Positions 47,137-54,907 of a stretch of DNA of 64,000 nucleotides are shown here, piece after piece. The stretch comes from an uncultured Siphonobacter sp. Lineage in GTDB: Bacteria; Bacteroidota; Bacteroidia; Cytophagales; Spirosomataceae. How positions within the stretch are numbered: position 1 is the first letter of the stretch; each line of letters begins with the position of its first letter. A program made the translations under genes and the position numbers. The stretch lies in assembly GCA_913774715.1 (NCBI GenBank), contig CAJYHS010000152.1:43886-107885 (forward strand), read 5' to 3'. The notes beneath the pieces were generated by a model. It did no database searches and had not been told where the DNA came from. It was given only the letters and a program-made list of their open reading frames with translations.

Positions 47137-47844
47137 ATGAAACGCCTATTTGTGAAAGGAATGTGGATGCTCACGTTAGCTTCCACGCTCAGCCTAACAT
47201 TTATCTCTTGTAATAAAAATGCTCAGGGACAGAAAAAGTCCAAATTAAATAAAACTCAAAAGGGAGCCGGTATTGGCGTTGGGGCCGGGGCTGTTATTGG
47301 AGGAGCCATTGGTAGTGCTTCTAAAAATACGGCCATTGGAGCCATTTTGGGAGCTACCGTAGGGGGAGCGGCCGGAGCCATCATTGGTCGCAAGATGGAT
47401 AAGCAGGCCAAACAAATTGAAAAGGACATGGGTGAGGCCGCTAAGGTCGAACGCGTGGGAGAAGGAATCCGCGTAACCATGGACGGACAACTCCTATTTG
47501 GCTATAACTCCACGGAATTAACGCCTCAAACCAAAGAAAACTTAGCCAAGCTGGCTGAGACCCTGCAGAAAAACCCAGATACGAATCTGTTAGTGGAAGG
47601 GCACGCGGATAACCGGGGTACGGCCGAATACAATCAGGACCTATCCGAGCGCCGGGCCGCTTCCGTTTCCAGTTACCTGCGTTCTCAGGGCGTAGCCGCC
47701 TCCCGGATGACCATTAAAGGATACGGCTTTAATCAGCCCATTGCCAGCAATGACACCGATGAGGGTCGCCGCCAAAACCGCCGGGTAGAGATTGCTATTT
47801 CGGCCAACGAAAAAATGCAGCAGGAAGCTCAAAGCTCTAATTAA
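47137..47844 (+). CDS. OmpA-family lipoprotein with glycine-zipper N-terminal region
   Basis: Lipobox LTFISC. The Gly-zipper reads GAGIGVGAGAVIGGAIGS…GATVGGAAGAIIG. The OmpA C-terminal domain reads …LLVEGHADNRGTAEYNQDLSERRAASV…. Confidence 0.85.
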   Translation: MKRLFVKGMWMLTLASTLSLTFISCNKNAQGQKKSKLNKTQKGAGIGVGAGAVIGGAIGSASKNTAIGAILGATVGGAAGAIIGRKMDKQAKQIEKDMGEAAKVERVGEGIRVTMDGQLLFGYNSTELTPQTKENLAKLAETLQKNPDTNLLVEGHADNRGTAEYNQDLSERRAASVSSYLRSQGVAASRMTIKGYGFNQPIASNDTDEGRRQNRRVEIAISANEKMQQEAQSSN

Positions 47845-47898
47845 TCGCCAACCTAATGCAGGAAAGTGTAGGCTTTCCTGCTCATTCAACCAACCATC

Positions 47899-48513
47899 AT
47901 GAAACAACTTACGCTCGTTATCGCTTTTGTGCTCACCTCGCTGGGAGCCTTTGCTCAGGAAACCAAGGCCCGTACGGGTATTCGCGGGGGCTTTTCCGCC
48001 AGTAACCTTCGCTTAAAAGAATTCACGGATCGCAATCCCCGCTACGGTTTTCACGCGAGTTTATTTACTCAGATTCCGGTCGTTACCGACTTTTTCTACA
48101 TTCAACCGGAAATCGGTTATACCAATAAAGGTACCCGGGCTGAATTTAATGTGGCTGGGTTTGAAGGAAGTAACACCTTCAAATTGAATTACGTCGAAGT
48201 GCCCGTGCTGGCCACGTTTAAAATTGGCAATTTTGTGGATTTGCACGCGGGCCCTTACGTAGCCTATCTTTTGAAGGCGGCGGGTGAAAACCAAAATCCT
48301 TTGGGTAGTTCTTCCACGACTTTAAATACGGACGCTTTTAAGCGGTTTGATTACGGCGTGGGAGCGGGTCTGAGTTTATACTTTGGTAATTTCCTAATCA
48401 GTACCCGTTACAACATTGGTCTGCAAAAAGTGGCTGATTCTTTCGTAGCTCAGCAGGTGATGGGTAATGCCAAGAATACTTCGGCTCAGTTATCAGTAGG
48501 AGTTACCTTCTAA
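47899..48513 (+). CDS. Outer-membrane beta-barrel (porin-family/OMP_b-brl_2-like) protein
   Basis: Signal peptide …LGAFAQ, alternating amphipathic strands, and a terminal aromatic residue (…LSVGVTF). Confidence 0.7.
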   Translation: MKQLTLVIAFVLTSLGAFAQETKARTGIRGGFSASNLRLKEFTDRNPRYGFHASLFTQIPVVTDFFYIQPEIGYTNKGTRAEFNVAGFEGSNTFKLNYVEVPVLATFKIGNFVDLHAGPYVAYLLKAAGENQNPLGSSSTTLNTDAFKRFDYGVGAGLSLYFGNFLISTRYNIGLQKVADSFVAQQVMGNAKNTSAQLSVGVTF

Positions 48514-48544
48514 TGATTTTAAAGTTATTATTAACTTTATTCAT

Positions 48545-48584
48545 TAAAAAAGCGGCACGAACTTCCTGTTCGTGCCGCTTTTTT
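48545..48584. terminator. Long-stem bidirectional terminator between convergent genes
   Basis: AAAAAAGCGGCACGAAC-ttcct-GTTCGTGCCGCTTTTTT. Confidence 0.8.
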
Positions 48585-48603
48585 AGTGGTATAAAGAATA
48601 CTA

Positions 48604-50160
48604 CTAAATCGCCAGATGCTCAGGGCTGATGCTTAAAATTTCTTCTACGTATTCTCGGGAATTAGATAAACGGGGCACTTTGTGCTGACCGCCTAATTTA
48701 CCCTTGTGTTTCATCCATTCGTAAAAAGTACCCGTGGGAACCATATGTACGATGGGACGAATCAGCGCAATATTAAAACTACGTTTGGCATCGTAATCTG
48801 AGTTAATCTTTCGAAGCGTATCGTCGAGAATTTCAACGAAAGCATCGGGGTTATCGGGTGGGGTTGAAAATTCAATCACCCATTCGTGCCCGCCACGTTT
48901 GATCTGCTCGGTGCTGCTACTACCCATATACACAGGAGCCGCCGTATAATCAGAAATCGTAGCCCCGGTAGCTTCGCAGGCGGTCGTTAAAGCCGTTTCG
49001 GCGTTTTCAATGATGACTTCCTCACCGAAAGCATTAATAAAATGCTTGGTGCGACCCGAAATTTTAATGCGATAGGGATTCTTAGACGTAAAGCGAACCG
49101 TATCCCCAATGAGGTAGCGCCAAAGACCGGAATTAGTTGAAATAACCACGGCGTAATTGCGGTTAAGCTCGACCTCTCCCAGAGTATACGCTTTAGGATG
49201 GTCTTTATGAAGTTCTTCTAGTGGAGCAAATTCGTAGAAAATGCCGTAATCGAGCATTAACAGCAATTCATCAATATGAGATAAATCATCCTGAAGACCA
49301 AAAAAGCCTTCGGATGCATTATAGGTCTCTAAATAATGAACGTGGTCGCTTTTGAAAATCTCCCGTCGGAATAAATCCCGATACGGGTGAAAGGCAACGG
49401 CACCGTGAATGAATACCTCAAAGTTGGGCCATACATCCAAAATGTTCTTTTTGCCCGTGATTTCAAGGACCTTTTGAATGAGAACTAAGGTCCAGGTCGG
49501 AACGCCCAGAGCACTGGTGACATTCACCTGGGAAGCCTCTAAAGCCATGGCCTCAATCTTTTCTTCCCAGCGATCCATCAGGGCCGTTTTCAGCGTCGGC
49601 GTGCGAATAAACTGAGCCCAGCTAGGCAGGTTTTTCATCACTACCGCTGAAATATCGCCCGTCAGGGTTCGCTCATTGAGCTGATTCTGCGACAGACTAC
49701 CCCCAACGGATAAGCCCTTACCTTCAAAAACGCGCGTAGTGGGTTTGTTGTCAATCCAAAGGGCCATCATGTCTTTTCCCGCTCTAAAATGGCCTTCATC
49801 CAAAGACTCACGCGAAACGGGAATAAACTTACTGCGGGCATTAGTGGTACCCGAAGATTTCGAAAAGAAGCGAACGGGCGAGGGCCACAGCACGCGGTCT
49901 TCGCCTTTCATCACCCGTTCGATGAAGGGGAAAAGATCTTCGTAGCTTGAAATAGGTACTTGCCGCTGAAAATCAGCGATACTGCGTATGCTTCGGTAGC
50001 CAAACTCCTTACCCCAAAGCGTCGAGCGTCCGGCGGCTATCAGTCGTCGAAACTGACGTTCCTGAACGGGCCAGGGATCGCGGCGAAACGAGTCAATCCG
50101 GGCCATTCTTCGCTTGAGAATCCAGACGAGGGAATCATTAAAAACGGGTAGCATAGGCAT
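48604..50160 (-). CDS. GH3 (auxin-responsive promoter) family acyl-acid amido synthetase-like protein
   Basis: 518 aa. N-terminal …FFSKSSGTTNARSKFIP… (adenylate-forming P-loop-like SSGTT), and the overall length and pattern of bacterial GH3 proteins. Confidence 0.8.
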   Translation of the reverse strand: MPMLPVFNDSLVWILKRRMARIDSFRRDPWPVQERQFRRLIAAGRSTLWGKEFGYRSIRSIADFQRQVPISSYEDLFPFIERVMKGEDRVLWPSPVRFFSKSSGTTNARSKFIPVSRESLDEGHFRAGKDMMALWIDNKPTTRVFEGKGLSVGGSLSQNQLNERTLTGDISAVVMKNLPSWAQFIRTPTLKTALMDRWEEKIEAMALEASQVNVTSALGVPTWTLVLIQKVLEITGKKNILDVWPNFEVFIHGAVAFHPYRDLFRREIFKSDHVHYLETYNASEGFFGLQDDLSHIDELLLMLDYGIFYEFAPLEELHKDHPKAYTLGEVELNRNYAVVISTNSGLWRYLIGDTVRFTSKNPYRIKISGRTKHFINAFGEEVIIENAETALTTACEATGATISDYTAAPVYMGSSSTEQIKRGGHEWVIEFSTPPDNPDAFVEILDDTLRKINSDYDAKRSFNIALIRPIVHMVPTGTFYEWMKHKGKLGGQHKVPRLSNSREYVEEILSISPEHLAI

Positions 50161-50225
50161 GCTGAAGGTTTACTGGATTAACTAAACAGCTAGGCAGTGG
50201 GGTATTTGCTCAATGATAGCCAAAT

Positions 50226-51107
50226 CTATAACTTTTTCGCTCGATTCGGAAAATCAGTAATAAATCCATCGACGCCCATTTTTTTCAAACGAAGCATCTT
50301 TTGAGCTGAATTGACGGTCCAGGGAATGATTTTTACCCCTTTTTGCTTCGCTTTTTTAACGTTTCGTTTAAACACGAATCGGTAAAAAGGGCTAAAAATA
50401 TCGGGCCTGAAGCCTAATTTTTTTTCCGTGCGAGCTAGACTTTGTTGATGAACCAGAACCGATAGTTCATTATTACTAAATTTTCCATTTAGCTGCTGGC
50501 TTTTCCAATGCTTTAAAATAGTAAAGTCAAAGCTTTGGATAATGTACCGATCTGGCGTAAGCAAAGGGGACACAATTCTGTAAACCAACTGGCAGAATTC
50601 TTCTGGATAAGGTTGGGAAATGCCGTATTGACTGGAAGCGGATTTGATTTCAATGCTATAACGAGGAGGGGAAAACTGATGCTCACGGGCGTACTGATCA
50701 CAGATTTTGATGACCTGAGAAAGCAAAGGTTTTACCGCTGCCGTGCTCATCTGCTCAGGGAAAGAGGGATTTTTTCGTATGCCTACGTCATAATGCTCAA
50801 TGGTGGCATAATCCAGCGTATATATATATAATGAAGACTCTTCGGCTTTGGTGAGCTCACTTCCATCGGGTTTGCTTGTAAAAGCAGCATTCATATGGGT
50901 ATCATGCGAGACGACAACCTGTTTATCTTTAGAAATCACTACGTCCAGCTCCAGGGTAGAAACGCCTAGTTCCAGCGCTTTTAGAAAGGCCGGAATCGTA
51001 TTCTCCGGCATTAATCCCCGGCAGCCTCGATGTCCCTGAATGTCGAGGGTCTGGGCCCAGGAAAAGGGGGAGATTATGAAAAAGAAAAAGTAAATTAAAT
51101 AACGCAT
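50226..51107 (-). CDS. Glycerophosphodiester phosphodiesterase family protein (secreted)
   Basis: The ATG at 51107 gives MRYLIYFFFFIISPFSWAQ. The GDPD motif reads IQGHRGCRGLMPENTIPAF…LELDVVISKD. Confidence 0.85.
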   Translation of the reverse strand: MRYLIYFFFFIISPFSWAQTLDIQGHRGCRGLMPENTIPAFLKALELGVSTLELDVVISKDKQVVVSHDTHMNAAFTSKPDGSELTKAEESSLYIYTLDYATIEHYDVGIRKNPSFPEQMSTAAVKPLLSQVIKICDQYAREHQFSPPRYSIEIKSASSQYGISQPYPEEFCQLVYRIVSPLLTPDRYIIQSFDFTILKHWKSQQLNGKFSNNELSVLVHQQSLARTEKKLGFRPDIFSPFYRFVFKRNVKKAKQKGVKIIPWTVNSAQKMLRLKKMGVDGFITDFPNRAKKL

Positions 51108-51435
51108 GTAGAAAGCTACCCTTAGTTCATATCTGCTACAAAGGAACGTTTGATAAGTGTGACTTAATCTGTTTGAAATTAGACTTAGGCACCGAATTGG
51201 CAATTTATTGAGAGTATTGATAAAAGAGCTTTAATTCTTACAAAGAATGGACTCTAGACTTCTCTCCAAGGAACTCGTATAGATAAATCTATACGAATAA
51301 AAAGCAACCATCTTCATGTACTCCGCCTTATGGTACGTATTGGTTGCTAGTAAAAAATAAGCAAGCTTTTCCCGTAAGAGTTTACCTTTCATAGCTGACC
51401 ATGAATTAAATTGCTAGGCAAACTACGCTAGAAAC

Positions 51436-51774
51436 ATGGAAATGGACCCTTTTGCTTCATTAACTACTAGACTCGTCGAATTTCGTAATGAAAGAGACTG
51501 GGGCCAATTTCATAATGCCAAGGATCTGGCTTTAGCCGTTTCTATCGAGGCTGCGGAGCTCAATGAACTCTTCTTGTGGAAGAAACCCGAAGAGGTGAAC
51601 CTAGAAAAAGTAAAAGAAGAGTTAGCCGATGTTTTCTGCTACTGTTTACTGCTGGCTGAAAAATACGAGTTAAGCATTGAGCAGATCATTCATGATAAGA
51701 TTGATCTAAATGCGAAAAAGTATCCCGTTGAAAAGGCCAGAGGAACGGCTAAGAAATACAATGAATTAGAATAA
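51436..51774 (+). CDS. MazG-like all-alpha nucleotide pyrophosphohydrolase (DCTPP1/RS21-C6-like)
   Basis: FRNERDWGQFHNAKDLALAVSIEAAELNELFLWK … EELADVFCYCLLLA matches the DCTPP1/MazG helix pair with acidic metal ligands. Confidence 0.8.
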   Translation: MEMDPFASLTTRLVEFRNERDWGQFHNAKDLALAVSIEAAELNELFLWKKPEEVNLEKVKEELADVFCYCLLLAEKYELSIEQIIHDKIDLNAKKYPVEKARGTAKKYNELE

Positions 51775-51779
51775 CCCAC

Positions 51780-53648
51780 ATGATCATTTACCAAGCCAGT
51801 AAGCAAAGCTTTACTGAGGATGTCTTATCGGGAACTATTGAAGAGATTGTTTTAAGCTTCTTTGAGAAAAGACTCCAGCGACTAACCAGTGAAAGTGAAA
51901 TTCAATCCTGGCGGGAATCCTTAGGGCAGATGGACCGGGTGCTGAGCGACGCTGAAATTCCAGCGGATTGCGGCGTAGCCATTGAATACCAAATACCCCT
52001 GAGCTCGAAGCGGATTGATTTTATACTGACGGGTCAAAACGAGCAGGGCCAGGATCTGGCGATTTTAATTGAGCTCAAGCGTTGGCAAAAAGCAGAACTC
52101 ACTAGTAAGGATGGAATCGTCAAAACCAGATTTAAGCGTGGTCCGGCCGAAACGAGCCATCCTTCGTATCAAGCCTGGTCGTATGCCTGTTTGCTTAAAA
52201 GCTTTAATGAGACGGTTTACTCCGAAAACATTGAGCTTAAACCCTGCGCTTATCTGCATAACTACATCGATGATGAAGTCATCAGTCATGATTTTTATCA
52301 AAGGTATCTAGCCCAAGCGCCCGTTTTTTTTAAGAATGATGCCAGAAAACTCCGGGAGTTCATTAAATCCTACGTCAAATACGGCGACCGAAGTAACCTG
52401 CTCTACCGAATTGAAGCGGGCCGGATCAAGCCTTCTAAAAATCTAGCCGATAGCTTATCGGCCATGATGCAGGGAAAGGATGAATTCATTCTCATTGATG
52501 AGCAAAAACTAGTCTACGAAACGGCTCTGCACCTAGCGCGCGCAGCCAGTAGTAAACACAAGCAGGTTTTGATTGTGAGGGGAGGGCCGGGAACGGGAAA
52601 ATCAGTCATTGCCATTAACCTGTTAGTGCGTTTAAATGCCGAAGAAATTGTAGCGCTGTATACCTCTAAAAATTCGGCTCCCCGAAAAGTATACGAGAGT
52701 AAACTAGCGGGCACACTGCGACAATCTGAAATCTCCAACCTGTTTATTGGCTCAGGGTCCTTTACCGATAAAAAGCCTAATTCACTGGACGTATTACTCG
52801 TGGATGAAGCCCACCGACTCAATGAAAAGTCGGGTCTTTTTAGCAATCTGGGTGAAAATCAGGTCAAAGAAATCATCCAAACGGCCCTTTGTTCCATTTT
52901 TTTCTTGGATGAAAACCAGCGCATTCACCTAAAAGACATTGGCTCAGAAGAAGAAATTAGAAAATGGGCCGTAGCGGAGAAGGCCAGCGTGACAAGTCTG
53001 GATCTGAGTTCTCAGTTTCGCTGCAGTGGCTCGGATGGGTACTTGGCCTGGATAGATCAGGCCCTGCAAATCAGACCAACGGCCAATGATACCCTAGCTG
53101 ATCTAGGCTATGACTTTAAAATTTTTGAGGATCCCAACGATCTTCGGGCGGCCATCATCGATCAGAATCAAATTAATAATAAAGCCCGAATGGTAGCCGG
53201 CTATTGCTGGGAGTGGAATAGTAAGAAAGACGCCAAAGCCTTTGATGTCATTCTGCCAGCGTACGATTTTCAAATGCGATGGAATCTAACTACCGATGGG
53301 AGTCTTTGGATTATTGCTCCAAATTCCGTTCAGGAAATCGGCTGCATTCATACGTGCCAGGGTCTGGAAGTAGACTACATTGGCGTGATTGTTGGAGATG
53401 ACTTAGGCATTGATGATAGGGGACGCTTGTATGCCAAACCCGAAAAAAGAGCCAAGTCAGATTCTTCGATTAAAGGATATAAAAAGCTTTTAAAAGAAGA
53501 TCCGGCTAATAGCCAGATGATCGAAGAAATCATTAAGAATACCTATCGCACGCTCATGACTAGGGGCATGAAAGGCTGTTATGTGTATTTTGTTGATAAG
53601 CAGGTAGAAGCCTATTTTAAAAAGCAAATAAACGAGCTAATCAACTAA
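51780..53648 (+). CDS. DUF2075-type protein: N-terminal PD-(D/E)xK-like nuclease motif + SF1 P-loop helicase (Schlafen-type helicase domain)
   Basis: Motifs: RIDFILTG…AILIELKRW (D80, E98xK100; nt 52017-52079); Walker A GGPGTGKS (nt 52581-52604); Walker B LLVDEAHRL; C-terminal CIHTCQGLEVDYIGVIV. It starts 5 nt after the MazG-like stop. Confidence 0.8.
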   Translation: MIIYQASKQSFTEDVLSGTIEEIVLSFFEKRLQRLTSESEIQSWRESLGQMDRVLSDAEIPADCGVAIEYQIPLSSKRIDFILTGQNEQGQDLAILIELKRWQKAELTSKDGIVKTRFKRGPAETSHPSYQAWSYACLLKSFNETVYSENIELKPCAYLHNYIDDEVISHDFYQRYLAQAPVFFKNDARKLREFIKSYVKYGDRSNLLYRIEAGRIKPSKNLADSLSAMMQGKDEFILIDEQKLVYETALHLARAASSKHKQVLIVRGGPGTGKSVIAINLLVRLNAEEIVALYTSKNSAPRKVYESKLAGTLRQSEISNLFIGSGSFTDKKPNSLDVLLVDEAHRLNEKSGLFSNLGENQVKEIIQTALCSIFFLDENQRIHLKDIGSEEEIRKWAVAEKASVTSLDLSSQFRCSGSDGYLAWIDQALQIRPTANDTLADLGYDFKIFEDPNDLRAAIIDQNQINNKARMVAGYCWEWNSKKDAKAFDVILPAYDFQMRWNLTTDGSLWIIAPNSVQEIGCIHTCQGLEVDYIGVIVGDDLGIDDRGRLYAKPEKRAKSDSSIKGYKKLLKEDPANSQMIEEIIKNTYRTLMTRGMKGCYVYFVDKQVEAYFKKQINELIN

Positions 53649-53727
53649 GTTATATATATCCATTAAAGCTCATAGTTTATATGAACTACGCTTTGGTAAC
53701 TGGTTATACTAAACTATACATTAGTAA

Positions 53728-53786
53728 ATGTCTTTTTTTAATAAGATAATCGGAATCAATCCGATTATCTTATTAAAAAAAGACAT
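53728..53786. repeat. 59-bp perfect palindrome (27-bp arms, 5-nt loop)
   Basis: ATGTCTTTTTTTAATAAGATAATCGGA (53728-53754) / atcaa / TCCGATTATCTTATTAAAAAAAGACAT (53760-53786), verified base by base. Confidence 0.9.
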
Positions 53787-53961
53787 GGATTTGTTACAAA
53801 ATTTGAGCAACCATTCTAATCAGTCGCTGACTCACCAGCTGCTTACCTCATTTTTGAAGGGTTACAAACGTCCTAATGATAAGATTTACGAATTGATTTC
53901 GATCAGAAAAGTAGATGAAATTGGTATTGGGATAGTTGAAATACTTAATCAATTGTTTTAA
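53785..53961 (+). pseudogene. Possible N-terminal fragment of an AbiEi-like (type IV TA antitoxin) gene
   Basis: MDLLQNLSNHSNQSLTHQLLTSFLKGYKRPNDKIYELISIRK… resembles N-termini of Bacteroidota AbiEi-family proteins as I recall them. It ends after about 58 aa in very AT-rich DNA. Weak call. Confidence 0.25.
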
Positions 53962-54194
53962 TAAGCCTAACTCACAAGTTGATTTTATTAAGATAGTCAA
54001 GGTTTTTATGGTATTTACTTTCGATCAAATGGCTAATAGATACTATGTGTAATTTTATAATTCAAATGGAAAAAGCTTGATTATAGTATATAATTTAGCG
54101 AATAATGAATGTATTTTTAAGAAATAAAATGCAAAATATATGTATTTGAAAAAATAGGTAATTGAAGTCGTGTAGGTTATATCCTAAAAGCACT

Positions 54195-54377
54195 CTACAT
54201 ATATAATTGCTCATTGCGAGGTATACCTATTTGAGAAGCGATGTGTTTCCATGTTGAAACAACATCTTTGACTTGAGCTATTATGAGCTTCATATCTTTT
54301 AATTCCAGTCTAAAATATATTCCTACACTTTGAGCAAGATCAAGGCTCAATTCATCTGCCAGTCTGCATATACTCAC
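54195..54377 (-). pseudogene. 3'-terminal remnant of a HipA-family toxin kinase gene
   Basis: …YFRLELKDMKLIIAQVKDVVSTWKHIASQIGIPRNEQLYM resembles the extreme C-terminus of HipA proteins. It lies 22 nt downstream of a HipB-like HTH gene. The kinase core is absent. Confidence 0.5.
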
Positions 54378-54399
54378 AAGTCTGTTTTTTCAGACATCA

Positions 54400-54693
54400 C
54401 TATTTTTGAAGTAATTGTAAGTCTTGAAGTTTATGACCAAATTCATCATCAGCCGCTAGTAATAAAAAATCATCCTGTAGCCCTAAACTGCGAAGGACAT
54501 TAAAGTAAGCTCCCATTGAAACGCTGGGACTACCTTTTTCAATGTGATATAAAGTGGTACGATCAATACCTGCTCTTTCTGAAATTTGTAGCGTTGTTAA
54601 TCGACGGCGTTTACGGGCTAATTTTATGTTTTCTCCCATTTGTTCTAAAACCTTTTGGAATTTAGGTAGCAGAACTTGCCTCTTGGATTTCAT
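54400..54693 (-). CDS. XRE-family helix-turn-helix protein (HipB-like antitoxin/regulator)
   Basis: 97 aa with HTH IKLARKRRRLTTLQISERAGIDRTTLYHIEKG. It sits upstream of the HipA remnant. Confidence 0.75.
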   Translation of the reverse strand: MKSKRQVLLPKFQKVLEQMGENIKLARKRRRLTTLQISERAGIDRTTLYHIEKGSPSVSMGAYFNVLRSLGLQDDFLLLAADDEFGHKLQDLQLLQK

Positions 54694-54698
54694 AGGTT

Positions 54699-54749
54699 AT
54701 GTTGTTTATTATCATCAAAAATGATTTAAATGTTGATAATAAACAACAT
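54699..54749. promoter_or_regulatory. 16-bp perfect inverted repeat in the hipB-like promoter region (candidate operator)
   Basis: ATGTTGTTTATTATCA (54699-54714) and TGATAATAAACAACAT (54734-54749) are exact reverse complements. The repeat begins 6 nt upstream of the HTH gene start codon. ATTTAAATG is repeated at 54724 and 54748. Confidence 0.5.
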
Positions 54750-54849
54750 TTAAATGTATGTTCTCTTTTTTTGCTTAACCAAGAGATGACTTTAAGGTTG
54801 CCTCAATCTTGATTAATAGGTCTGTTTCGAATACTTTTTTAGAAAATAG

Positions 54850-54857
54850 TATCTTTG
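54850..54857 (+). promoter_or_regulatory. Candidate -7 promoter element (TATCTTTG) for smpB
   Basis: Matches TAnnTTTG 50 nt upstream of the smpB ATG. Confidence 0.35.
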
Positions 54858-54907
54858 AAACTCCCTTAGTACCAGATATAAGCCCTAAACCGGGTGATGA
54901 ACGCATT

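Noticed and set aside
53728-53784. ATG at 53728 as the start of the 77-aa ORF.
   Set aside because: The first 19 codons are simply one arm and the loop of the 59-bp palindrome (MSFFNKIIGINPIILLKKD). Any real or former coding sequence more plausibly begins at the ATG at 53785.
51204-54900. Direct repeats or att-like sites delimiting the MazG/DUF2075/TA-remnant region as a discrete island.
   Set aside because: I compared the left (51204-51435) and right (54700-54900) borders by eye and found no shared repeat of 10 bp or more. Island status therefore rests only on gene content and the AT-rich stretch. The MazG/DUF2075 genes themselves have near-average composition.
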